DNA from: an uncultured Clostridia bacterium
Lineage (GTDB): Bacteria; Bacillota; Clostridia; Christensenellales; Aristaeellaceae
Length of the DNA stretch: 64,000 bases
Direction: 5' to 3'
Assembly (NCBI GenBank): GCA_934636105.1
Contig: CAKTZR010000013.1
Location: 6,019-70,018, forward strand
Below the pieces are notes generated by a model, which searched no databases, was not told the origin of the DNA, and was given only the letters and a program-made list of their open reading frames with translations. Shown here in pieces: positions 18,357 to 27,191 of the stretch (the stretch's first letter is position 1; each line of letters starts with the position of its first letter). The position numbers and the translations under genes are program-made.

Positions 18357-19921
18357 TTCAGCAATTTGAACGCTGCCTGCCCGAAGAAGTGGGCATTCCC
18401 AGTGAAGCGATTGACGCGTTTCTGGATGAACTGGAAAACGGCGGCTTTACCCAGATGCACGGCCTGATGGTGATGCGCCACGGCAAGGTCTGTGCGGAGG
18501 GCTGGTGGGCGCCGTTCGCCCCCGGCCTGCATCACTGCGACCATTCGCTCAGCAAGACGTATACCGCGACGGCCATCGGCCTGGCGGAGTATCATGGTCT
18601 GCTTAAGCTGGAGGACAGGGTGTGCGACATCCTGCCGGATAAAATGCCGGAGCAGATGAGCGAGCGCCTGTCCAAACTGACGATTCACGATCTGCTGGTG
18701 ATGGGCGACGGTTCGGAGGAGGAAGAAACCTGCTATCCGGAAAACTGGCTGGAAAACTATTTTGCCCGGCCGATTTCGCACGAGCCCGGCACGTTCTGGC
18801 GCTACAATTCCCACACGACGGCGGTGATGTCCGCGATCATCGAGCGGCTGACGGGCAAAAGCATGCTGGATTATCTGGCGGAAAATCTGTTTGACAAAAT
18901 CGGCATCGATTCAAAGAACGTCATGTGCCGCCGCGGCGCGGACGGAACCTGTCTGGGCGGCATGGGCATGTTCACCACGACGGAGGACAACCTGCGCCTG
19001 ATGAAGCTGTATCTGAACGGCGGCGTTTGGAACGGTGAGCGCCTGCTGGGCGAAACCTTTGTGCATGACGCGACCACCGAGCGGATGGACACGTGGCCCG
19101 CGCATGCGCACACACCCTATATCTATGACAACTGCGTGGGTTACGGCTACCAGATTTGGATGTGCCGCCCGGAGGGCTCGTATCGCGCGGACGGCGCGTT
19201 CGGCCAGTTCTCCGTCGTCGTGCCGTCGCTGGATTTGATCGTTTCCATCAGCGAGGCGGGCTTCCTCGGCGAATTGATGGGCCATTCGGACCTGCACCTG
19301 CTCAAGGCGGGGGAGGATCACCCGATTCACGGGCCGCAGGCGACGCTCAACGCGCTGTTTGACATCCTCGTGCCGCAGATTCACGCCGATGTGGATACGC
19401 TGCCCGTGGGCAAAGCGGCTTCCATGCTCAAGGAGCGCATGAGCCGCCTGGCCGTGCCGCATCCGTATCCGAACGGCGCGGATTTTTCTACGCACGACCT
19501 CGATGTGACGCTCGTGCCGAAGGAGGGAAAGCTCTCCTTTGGCGTGCTCTATTCCAGGCATAAGCAGCGCATCGCCTATCCCGGCGCGGATGAAATGCGC
19601 CTGCATGCGCACGACGGCAAACTGGAAATCACGTGGACGGAAGACGGTGAGCAGCGTGCGCTGACGGCGGATTTGCAGGGCGCGCGCACGGCGGGCGAAC
19701 TGGTCTATCGCTATGACCGCGAGATCATCACGAAAACGAGCAGCTGCGCCTGGTGGGACGAGCAGGGGCGGCTTCAGCTGTCGATCCTGTGGGTCGAATC
19801 CGAAGCGGAAAACCGCTACATGTTCACCTTTGACGGCGACGACGTGCGGATCGACAAGTGGTTCACCTTTGGCACGTTCAAGGGGCTGGAAAAGGATGAA
19901 TGCGTGTATCGCTGCGCATGA
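18353..19921 (+). CDS. Beta-lactamase/PBP-fold serine hydrolase (class C/esterase-like)
   Basis: 522 aa. ATGA overlap with lacI. SxxK motif (HSLSKTYTA) in the usual N-terminal position. No signal peptide, so it is cytoplasmic. Confidence 0.75.
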   Translation: MIQQFERCLPEEVGIPSEAIDAFLDELENGGFTQMHGLMVMRHGKVCAEGWWAPFAPGLHHCDHSLSKTYTATAIGLAEYHGLLKLEDRVCDILPDKMPEQMSERLSKLTIHDLLVMGDGSEEEETCYPENWLENYFARPISHEPGTFWRYNSHTTAVMSAIIERLTGKSMLDYLAENLFDKIGIDSKNVMCRRGADGTCLGGMGMFTTTEDNLRLMKLYLNGGVWNGERLLGETFVHDATTERMDTWPAHAHTPYIYDNCVGYGYQIWMCRPEGSYRADGAFGQFSVVVPSLDLIVSISEAGFLGELMGHSDLHLLKAGEDHPIHGPQATLNALFDILVPQIHADVDTLPVGKAASMLKERMSRLAVPHPYPNGADFSTHDLDVTLVPKEGKLSFGVLYSRHKQRIAYPGADEMRLHAHDGKLEITWTEDGEQRALTADLQGARTAGELVYRYDREIITKTSSCAWWDEQGRLQLSILWVESEAENRYMFTFDGDDVRIDKWFTFGTFKGLEKDECVYRCA

Positions 19922-19936
19922 GAAAGGGATAAGCCG

Positions 19937-21532
19937 ATGGAAGAACTGTACAACGGAATCAAACTGCCGGACGTCTGGCCGCCGAAGGACATGGACGATA
20001 TGTCCATGGACGAACTGCCCGTGCCGTATTTGACAAACAGACCGGACGTGGTGAACATCGACGTGGGCCGTCAGCTGTTCGTCGATGATTTTCTGATCGA
20101 GGAAAACTGGCTGGAAAAGCGCTTCCATCAGGCTGTACTGGATGAAGCGCCCGTGCTTGCGCCGGAAACGCCGATGGAGTGGAACAAGGGCGTCGCGCCC
20201 GTGGCCGCGCCGTTTACCGACGGCTGCTGGTATGACCCGGCGGACGGCGTGTATCGGCTGTATTATCATGCCGGATGGTTCGACGGCACGGCGCTGGCCG
20301 TCTCCGCCGACGGGAAGCACTTTACCCGCAAAATGCTGGATAATCAGGTAGGCACCAACCGCATTTTTGTCCCCAAGCCCGGCTGGCAGCGGGACGGCTC
20401 CTGCGTGTGGCTCGATCAGGAGACCGAGCACCCGGAGGAACGCTATAAGATGTTCCACTATTTCAGAACGCCGGAGGGCGATGTGGCGCAGGTCGCCGTC
20501 AGCGCGGACGGCATGCACTTCGGCGCTCCGGTGACGACGGGACTCTGCGGCGACAATACATCGTTCTTCTATAACCCCTTCCGCAAGAAGTGGGTGTTCT
20601 CCATCCGCACGGGTCTGCCCTCGACCCCGTGGTACAGCCGCGGCCGCAGCTATTACGAGTGCGACCGCTTCATGGAGGGCGCAAGCTGGGCGAACGACCA
20701 GATCACCTTCTGGCAGCGCTGCGACGTGCGCGACCTGCGCGAGAGCGAACCGGGCACGATTTACAACAAAAACCTGCCGCCCCAGCTCTATCATCTCAAC
20801 TGCGTGGGCTATGAAAGCGTGATGCTCGGCCTGTTTGCCATCATCAAGGGCTTCGATCAGGCGCACAACGCTGTCTGCGAAAACAGCGGCATTCCCAAGC
20901 ACATCGATCTTCACGCGGGATTCAGCCGCGACGGCTTCCATTTCAGCCGCGACAACCGCAGCCCGTTCATCCGCTGCACGGATCAGCCCGGCTCGTGGGC
21001 GCGCGGCTATCTGCATGCCTGCGGCGGACTGTGCCTTGTCTCCCCGGAGGAGCTGGCCTTCCCGATTGCGGGCTTCAGCGGCGCATCCTCGGCGGAAAAC
21101 GGCCACCTGTACGGCGGCGCGGCGACCGGCTTTGCCCGTCTGCGCCGCGACGGCTTCGCTTCGCTGCACGCCAACGGCACGAAGCAGTTCATGCTCACCC
21201 GCAAGCTGCGCTTTGAGGAGGGCCGCCTGCTGTTCATCAACGCGAACGCGACGGAGGGCTTCGTCCGCGCGCAGATTGAAGATGAAGCGGGTCAGCCGAT
21301 CTCCGGCTATACCTTCGCGGACTGCGTACCGATGATTACCGACAGCACCAAGCGCCAGCTTGTCTTCCGCGGCGGCGATCTGGCCGCGCTGCGGGGCAAG
21401 GTCTTCCGCATCCGCTTTGAGCTGATTGCGGCGGATTTATTCTCCTTCTGGATTGCCAAAGACGAGCAGGGCCATTCCGGCGGCTATGTCGCGGCGGGCG
21501 GCAGTGCCTATCCGGGGCCAAGGGACGAGTAA
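19937..21532 (+). CDS. Hypothetical protein, possibly a beta-propeller glycoside-hydrolase-like fold
   Basis: 531-aa ORF with coding-like composition and an RBS. Segments such as WYDPADGVYRLYYHAGWFDGTALAVSADGKHFTR and GFSRDGFHFSR resemble blades of GH32/43/130-type propellers. The family is not assignable by eye. Confidence 0.45.
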   Translation: MEELYNGIKLPDVWPPKDMDDMSMDELPVPYLTNRPDVVNIDVGRQLFVDDFLIEENWLEKRFHQAVLDEAPVLAPETPMEWNKGVAPVAAPFTDGCWYDPADGVYRLYYHAGWFDGTALAVSADGKHFTRKMLDNQVGTNRIFVPKPGWQRDGSCVWLDQETEHPEERYKMFHYFRTPEGDVAQVAVSADGMHFGAPVTTGLCGDNTSFFYNPFRKKWVFSIRTGLPSTPWYSRGRSYYECDRFMEGASWANDQITFWQRCDVRDLRESEPGTIYNKNLPPQLYHLNCVGYESVMLGLFAIIKGFDQAHNAVCENSGIPKHIDLHAGFSRDGFHFSRDNRSPFIRCTDQPGSWARGYLHACGGLCLVSPEELAFPIAGFSGASSAENGHLYGGAATGFARLRRDGFASLHANGTKQFMLTRKLRFEEGRLLFINANATEGFVRAQIEDEAGQPISGYTFADCVPMITDSTKRQLVFRGGDLAALRGKVFRIRFELIAADLFSFWIAKDEQGHSGGYVAAGGSAYPGPRDE

Positions 21533-21551
21533 GAAAGGACGACGAAAGCAG

Positions 21552-22307
21552 ATGCGTTTATTGATTCTCTCCGATATTCACGCGAATATTGCGGCGCTTC
21601 GGGCGATTGAAAAGGACGCGGGCGCGGTGGATGCGATCTACTGTGCGGGCGACTATGTGGATTACGGCACAGACCCGCACGAAGCCATCGGCTGGGTGCG
21701 GGAGCACGGCGCGCACTGCGTGATGGGCAACCACGATAAGCATCTGCTGAATATTCTGTTTTCCGGCGAGGTGGACGCGTTCCGCGGCACGAACCGCTAT
21801 AAGTGGGTGCACGACAACTGCGAACGCGTGACGGATGAGGATATCGCGTTTTTGGCCGCTCTGCCCCAGCACATGAGCTTTGAAGCGGACGGCATTGCCT
21901 ACCTGATGCAGCATCAGATGCTGGATAACAGCTACGACATGCCGGAGAGCGTGCAGACGTTCGACGCGTTCTGGCGCGTGTGGCACACGGGCGAGGATAG
22001 ACCGGAGCGGCGCATGATCTTCGGCCATACGCATCGCAGGCTGGTGCATCGGCTGGATAACGACCGCCTGTGGCTCAACCCCGGCTCGGTTTCCTATCGC
22101 AGGCCGGACGACCGGGACAAGCGTGCCCATTATATGACGATTGAGGACGGCGACATCCGCTTCGGCGCGGTGGAATATGACCGCAGCGCGATGCTGGCGC
22201 GCGCCATGGACTATGTGAAAGCGGGTACGATGCTCGAAACCGACTTGCAGGACGCGATGTTCTTCTTCGGCGATGCGCCGACGAGCCGCGAACCGCTGCC
22301 GAGGTAA
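21552..22307 (+). CDS. Calcineurin-like metallophosphoesterase (YfcE/MJ0936 type)
   Basis: The start is moved to the ATG at 21552 (MRLLILSDIHAN). Motifs present: DxH, GDxxD (CAGDYVDYG), GNHD and GHTH. Confidence 0.85.
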   Translation: MRLLILSDIHANIAALRAIEKDAGAVDAIYCAGDYVDYGTDPHEAIGWVREHGAHCVMGNHDKHLLNILFSGEVDAFRGTNRYKWVHDNCERVTDEDIAFLAALPQHMSFEADGIAYLMQHQMLDNSYDMPESVQTFDAFWRVWHTGEDRPERRMIFGHTHRRLVHRLDNDRLWLNPGSVSYRRPDDRDKRAHYMTIEDGDIRFGAVEYDRSAMLARAMDYVKAGTMLETDLQDAMFFFGDAPTSREPLPR

Positions 22308-22313
22308 ACGAAG

Positions 22314-23123
22314 ATGAAGGACAAAATTCTCGTCGCCGCGCACCGCGGGCATTTTGGCGGCGGCATTGTGGAAAACACAATTCCTGCGTTTGAAGCGGCC
22401 ATCCGCTGCGGCGCGGACATTGTGGAAATGGATATCCGCAAGACGAAGGACGGTCAGCTGATTCTCTTTCACGATCCGTCGCCGATGCGCCTGCTGGGCC
22501 TGCCGGGACAGACGGAAAGCTATACCTATGAGGAGCTGACGCGCCGTCCGCTGCTCAACGTGATCGGCGAGCTTTCCACCTCTTATGTGTGCAGGCTGGA
22601 AGACGCGCTGGATGCGCTCAAGGGGCGCTGCTACATCAACTTTGACCAGTGCTGGGGCTTTGTGGACGAGGTCTACGATGCCGCGCGGCAGAGGAGCATG
22701 GAGGAGCAGGCGCTCATCAAGGGGCGCGTGCCCTATGATGCGGCGCTTCGCTGGCTGGAAAAGAACGATTATCGGCCTTCGTTCATCCCGATTATCACCT
22801 GCGCGGAGGAAATCGCGGCTTATCGCGCGCTGCCCGAAAGGGTGCGCGTGCCGATTGTCGAGGTCTTCGCGCATACGGACGACGACCCGGTTTGGGACGC
22901 GGCGTTTGTGCGCGAAATTCAGGAGAAGGGCGCGAAGCTGTGGGTGAACAGCCTGTCGCTCAGCGGCCGGTTCACGCTCTGCGCGTGGCACGACGACAAC
23001 CGATCCGTGACCGGCGACCCGGAGGGCGGCTGGGGCTGCCTGCTGGAACGCGGCGCGGGCGTGATTCAGACGGACTGGGCGGGCGAATTGGCCGCGTGGC
23101 TCGCGAAGAAACAAATGCGATAA
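22314..23123 (+). CDS. Glycerophosphodiester phosphodiesterase family protein (GDPD) 1
   Basis: 269 aa. Contains AAHRGHFGGGIVENTIPAFEAAIRCGADIVEMDIRKTKDGQLILFHD, the canonical GDPD N-terminal catalytic signature. Confidence 0.85.
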   Translation: MKDKILVAAHRGHFGGGIVENTIPAFEAAIRCGADIVEMDIRKTKDGQLILFHDPSPMRLLGLPGQTESYTYEELTRRPLLNVIGELSTSYVCRLEDALDALKGRCYINFDQCWGFVDEVYDAARQRSMEEQALIKGRVPYDAALRWLEKNDYRPSFIPIITCAEEIAAYRALPERVRVPIVEVFAHTDDDPVWDAAFVREIQEKGAKLWVNSLSLSGRFTLCAWHDDNRSVTGDPEGGWGCLLERGAGVIQTDWAGELAAWLAKKQMR

Positions 23124-23135
23124 GGGGGAATTGCG

Positions 23136-24062
23136 ATGCAGATGCTGAAAACGCTCGACGTCGATTCGATCGATGTGCCGGAGCAGATTCCGCACGGCGA
23201 TATGCCGGGGGACGGCGTCACCATCGGTGAGGAGAATATCAGGCGGGCGAAAACCGTGCTTTCCGCCATTCGGGGGACGCTGGAGCGCCGGCTCAGCGAG
23301 AATGCAAGCGGCCGCGTCGTCATCGGCGTGTGCGGCGGCAGCGGCTCGGGCAAAACGGTGATGGCTTCCGTGCTGGGCTATGCGCTCAACCAGATGGGCG
23401 TTGGAGCGTATATCATGAGCGGCGACAACTATCCCCGCCGAATCCCGGCGGTCAACGACGCGGAGCGGCTGCATCTGTTCCGCGTGGGCGGCCTGCGCGG
23501 GCTGCTGGCCAGCGGCGAATACACCGACGACAAGGCGGTTGTGCTGCGCGAGCTTTGGCTGGCGGATACGGACGCGGAGCCGGAAACGGCGCAGAAACTG
23601 CCGTGGATGCAGATTTATCAGCAGGCCGGCGCGCAGGCGCTGACCGCCTACCTCGGCACGCCGGAGGAGATCGACTTCGACGAGGTGAACGACATCATCG
23701 CGCGTTTCAAGCGCGGCGAAAACCATATCCCGCTCAAGCGCATGGGGCGCGAGGAGACGGCGCTCTGGTATGAAACGATGGATTTCACCGCGACGCGCGT
23801 GATGGTGATCGAGTGGACGCACGCCAACAGCGACTTTTTGAAGGGCGTGGATATCCCGATTTACCTGAACAGCACGCCGATGCAGACGCTTGAACACCGC
23901 CGCCTGCGCAACCGCGACGCACAGACGGACAGCGCCTTCACCACGATGGTGCTCAACATCGAGCAGCGCAAGCTGGACAGCCAGGCGTGGAAGGCGCAGG
24001 TCATCCTCTCCCGCGAGGGAAAGCTGATGACTTATCCCGAATATCGGCACATGACGGAGTGA
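23136..24062 (+). CDS. P-loop kinase, uridine kinase/phosphoribulokinase-like
   Basis: 308 aa. Walker A in the PRK/UDK context (VIGVCGGSGSGKTVMASVL). Substrate unknown. Confidence 0.55.
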   Translation: MQMLKTLDVDSIDVPEQIPHGDMPGDGVTIGEENIRRAKTVLSAIRGTLERRLSENASGRVVIGVCGGSGSGKTVMASVLGYALNQMGVGAYIMSGDNYPRRIPAVNDAERLHLFRVGGLRGLLASGEYTDDKAVVLRELWLADTDAEPETAQKLPWMQIYQQAGAQALTAYLGTPEEIDFDEVNDIIARFKRGENHIPLKRMGREETALWYETMDFTATRVMVIEWTHANSDFLKGVDIPIYLNSTPMQTLEHRRLRNRDAQTDSAFTTMVLNIEQRKLDSQAWKAQVILSREGKLMTYPEYRHMTE

Positions 24063-24078
24063 GCGGAGGAAAAGAGCC

Positions 24079-25764
24079 ATGAACAGTGGGGCCATGCTCA
24101 ACGCGTATCCGGACAGTCTCGGCGGCACGCTGTCCGATATTGCGCAGCTGCTGGAAAGCGACGCGTTTGCGGACGCGTTTCGCTCATTTTACATTCTGCC
24201 GAGTGTGTTCAACACGGATTTGGACCGCGGCTTTTCGGTCATCAGCTATGATCTCAACCGCATGCTTGCCGCGCCGGAGGACGTGAAGCGGCTGCAAAAC
24301 AGCGGAATCGATCTCAAGCTGGATTTCATTTTGAACCATCTTTCCGTGCTCTCTCCGCAGTTTCAGGATATTCTGAAAAACGGCGACGCTTCGCCCTACC
24401 GCGACTTTTTCATCGATTGGAACAAGTTCTGGGCGGGATGCGGCGAAATGACGGAAGCGGGCTACATCCAGCCGGAGGAAAAATACATCCGCAACATGTT
24501 CTTCCGCAAGCCGGGTCTGCCGATTCTGATGGTCCGCCTGCCGGATGGGCGCGACGTGCCGTATTGGAACACGTTCTATCAGCAGGTGCGTTATGATCCG
24601 GTGGACGCGCAGGATTTGATGCGCGCGGCGGATATGCAGTTTGGCGAAGCGACGGTTTTGGCCGCGCGCCTGAACGCGGGACTGGAAGCGGGGCAGAAGC
24701 CCAAAGAGCTGGATTTCACGGGCTTTGAGCGCTATCGCGCGGCCTGCGTCGAGCTGCTGGAAACGCGGCGCAAATACCTGGGGCAGATGGATTTGAACCT
24801 GAAAAGCGACTTGGTCTGGGCGTATTATGACAGCGTGCTGGGCAAGCTGGCCGAATACGGCGCGGCGATTGTGCGGCTGGATGCGTTCGCCTATGCGCCC
24901 AAAACGCCGGGCCTGCGCAACTTCATGAACGAGCCGGACACATGGGACACACTGGAGCGCATCCGCCAAATGGCGCAGGCGCACGGGCTGACCCTGCTGC
25001 CGGAGATTCACGACCCGTATGCGGCGGGCACGTATGAAAAGGTTGCCCAAAAGGGCTATATGACCTATGACTTCTTCCTGCCGGGGCTGGTGATCGACGC
25101 GATTGAAAACCACGATGGCGCGCGGCTCATGCGCTGGGCGGAGGAGCTCAAGACCAAGAACATCCGTACGGTAAACATGCTCGGCTGCCACGACGGCATT
25201 CCGATGCTGGATTTGAAAGGATTGCTCAGCGACGAGGAGATTGAAAAGCTGATCGCGCTGATCGTCAGCCGCGGCGGCCTGATTAAGAACCTGCACGGCG
25301 CGAAGAACGTCTATTATCAGGTCAACTGCACATATTTCAGCGCGCTGGGCGCGGACGAGCGGAAGATGCTGCTTGCGCGCGCGATTCAGCTTTTCATGCC
25401 GGGCAAGCCGCAAATCTGGTATCTGGATTTGTTCGCGGGCGAAAACGACATGGAAGCCGTCCGCCGGGGCGGCGAAGCGGCGCACAAGGAGATCAACCGC
25501 ACGAACCTGACGAAGGAAGCGATTGCACGCGCGCTGCAAAAGGACGTGGTGCGCGATCAGCTGGCGCTGCTGCGCATGCGCAATACCTGCCCGGCGTTCG
25601 GCTTTGACGCGAAGATGACCGTGCGCTGCCCGAAGCCGGACGAGCTGGAAATCACGTGGGAAAAGGATGGAAGCTGCGCGCGCCTGAACGCCAACCTGAC
25701 GACCTATGCTTTCACGGCGCAGGCGGACTGCGGCGGAAAGCAGACGATTTTGAACAACCGATGA
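24079..25764 (+). CDS. GH13 subfamily-18-type disaccharide/glycoside phosphorylase (sucrose-phosphorylase-like)
   Basis: 561 aa. It is colinear by eye with sucrose phosphorylases. It has the nucleophile context IVRLDAFAY, the acid/base LLPEIH and the stabiliser motif CHDGIPMLD. The N-terminus LNAYPDSLGG... is typical. Confidence 0.8.
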   Translation: MNSGAMLNAYPDSLGGTLSDIAQLLESDAFADAFRSFYILPSVFNTDLDRGFSVISYDLNRMLAAPEDVKRLQNSGIDLKLDFILNHLSVLSPQFQDILKNGDASPYRDFFIDWNKFWAGCGEMTEAGYIQPEEKYIRNMFFRKPGLPILMVRLPDGRDVPYWNTFYQQVRYDPVDAQDLMRAADMQFGEATVLAARLNAGLEAGQKPKELDFTGFERYRAACVELLETRRKYLGQMDLNLKSDLVWAYYDSVLGKLAEYGAAIVRLDAFAYAPKTPGLRNFMNEPDTWDTLERIRQMAQAHGLTLLPEIHDPYAAGTYEKVAQKGYMTYDFFLPGLVIDAIENHDGARLMRWAEELKTKNIRTVNMLGCHDGIPMLDLKGLLSDEEIEKLIALIVSRGGLIKNLHGAKNVYYQVNCTYFSALGADERKMLLARAIQLFMPGKPQIWYLDLFAGENDMEAVRRGGEAAHKEINRTNLTKEAIARALQKDVVRDQLALLRMRNTCPAFGFDAKMTVRCPKPDELEITWEKDGSCARLNANLTTYAFTAQADCGGKQTILNNR

Positions 25765-25780
25765 ATGAGGGAAAAACGCG

Positions 25781-26422
25781 ATGACGATGTGGACGATTGA
25801 CGATCAATATGAAACGATGCCGTGGGACAAGCTGGACGCGGTGGTTTTCGACGTGGGCAACGTGCTGCTTTCCTATTCGCCGGAGGAGGAGCTGGAGGCT
25901 TTCTTCCCGGGCGAAACCGAGCTGCATCAAAAGCTGATCGAAAAAATCATCAAAACCCCGTATTGGAACATGATGGACAGGGGCACGCTCACCATTCAGC
26001 AGGCCATCGAGCATATGACTGGGCGCGACAGGGAGCTTGAGCCGTATATCCGCCGTTTCATGGAAAACTGGCTGGATTTCACGCGTCCGATCGACGAGGG
26101 CGTGCAGGCAATCAAGACCTGCCTGGCGCACGGCAAGCGCGTGTTTGTGCTTTCCAACTATCAGAAGGAGTCTTTCGCGATTGTCGAAAAGCGGTTTGAT
26201 TTCTTCGATCTTTTCGAGGGCAAGGTCGTTTCCGCGCGCGAGGAGCTGCTCAAGCCGAACGCAAATATCTATGAGTTCCTGACGAACACCTACCACGTCG
26301 AGCCGGGCCGCACGCTGTTCATCGACGACACCCCCGCCAACATCGAGGGCGCGATGTATCTGGGTTGGCAGGGCTTCTGCCTGAACAAGCCGGGCAAGCT
26401 GGCTGCGTTTGTGGGCGACTAA
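25781..26422 (+). CDS. HAD-superfamily hydrolase (subfamily IA-like phosphatase)
   Basis: 213 aa. Motif I is (A)VVFDVGNVLL. The C-terminal FIDDTPANIEGA matches motif IV. Confidence 0.75.
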   Translation: MTMWTIDDQYETMPWDKLDAVVFDVGNVLLSYSPEEELEAFFPGETELHQKLIEKIIKTPYWNMMDRGTLTIQQAIEHMTGRDRELEPYIRRFMENWLDFTRPIDEGVQAIKTCLAHGKRVFVLSNYQKESFAIVEKRFDFFDLFEGKVVSAREELLKPNANIYEFLTNTYHVEPGRTLFIDDTPANIEGAMYLGWQGFCLNKPGKLAAFVGD

Positions 26423-26435
26423 GAGGAGAAACGAT

Positions 26436-27170
26436 ATGCAGAAGATTTATGCGCATCGGGGCGCGTCCGGCTATGCGCCGGAAAACACGCTGCGCGCGTT
26501 TGAGATGGCGGCGGATATGGGCGCTTACGGCGTGGAGCTGGACGTGCAGATTTCCAAGGACGGCCGGCTGGTTGTCTTTCACGACGACGAAATGAGCCGC
26601 CTGACGGGCTATACCGGCTCGATTGCGGATTACACTTATGCCGAACTTTGCCGCATGCCGGTGATTCACGCGGTGGATGCGACGACCAAGGACGTTGCGC
26701 CGCTGCTGGAAGACGTGCTGGCGCTGCTGCATGAGCGCTCTCTGGCCGTCAACATCGAGCTGAAAAACAGCCGCGCGGCGTTTCCGGGGCTGGAGGAGAA
26801 GACGATTGCGGCGGTTGAAGCCGCGGGCATGAAGCAGGCGGCGATCTATTCCTCCTTCAACCATTACAGCCTGCTCAAGGTGCGCCAGCTCGACCCGGAC
26901 GCATTCTGCGGCCTGCTTTACGACGCGATGCTCTATCAGCCGTGGGATTATGCCAAACGGCTGGGCGTTCAGGCGCTGCACCCGCATTTCAGCGAGCCGA
27001 CGTTTGTACCTTATGAGGTGGAATCGGCGCACAGGCTGGGCCTTGCGGTCAACGCGTGGACGGTCAACGAGGAAGCGGACATCCGCCGCATGGTGGAGAT
27101 GAACTGCGACGGCATCATTTCCAATTACCCGGATGTGGCGCTGCGCATTTTGAAGGAAATTCGGGGCTGA
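26436..27170 (+). CDS. Glycerophosphodiester phosphodiesterase (GDPD) 2
   Basis: ATG at 26436 after AAGAGGAGA. Contains MQKIYAHRGASGYAPENTLRAFEMAADMGAYGVELDVQISKDGRLVVFHDD and the C-terminal GIISNYPD. Confidence 0.88.
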   Translation: MQKIYAHRGASGYAPENTLRAFEMAADMGAYGVELDVQISKDGRLVVFHDDEMSRLTGYTGSIADYTYAELCRMPVIHAVDATTKDVAPLLEDVLALLHERSLAVNIELKNSRAAFPGLEEKTIAAVEAAGMKQAAIYSSFNHYSLLKVRQLDPDAFCGLLYDAMLYQPWDYAKRLGVQALHPHFSEPTFVPYEVESAHRLGLAVNAWTVNEEADIRRMVEMNCDGIISNYPDVALRILKEIRG

Positions 27171-27191
27171 CCGGAGAATCGAGGGAATGCG

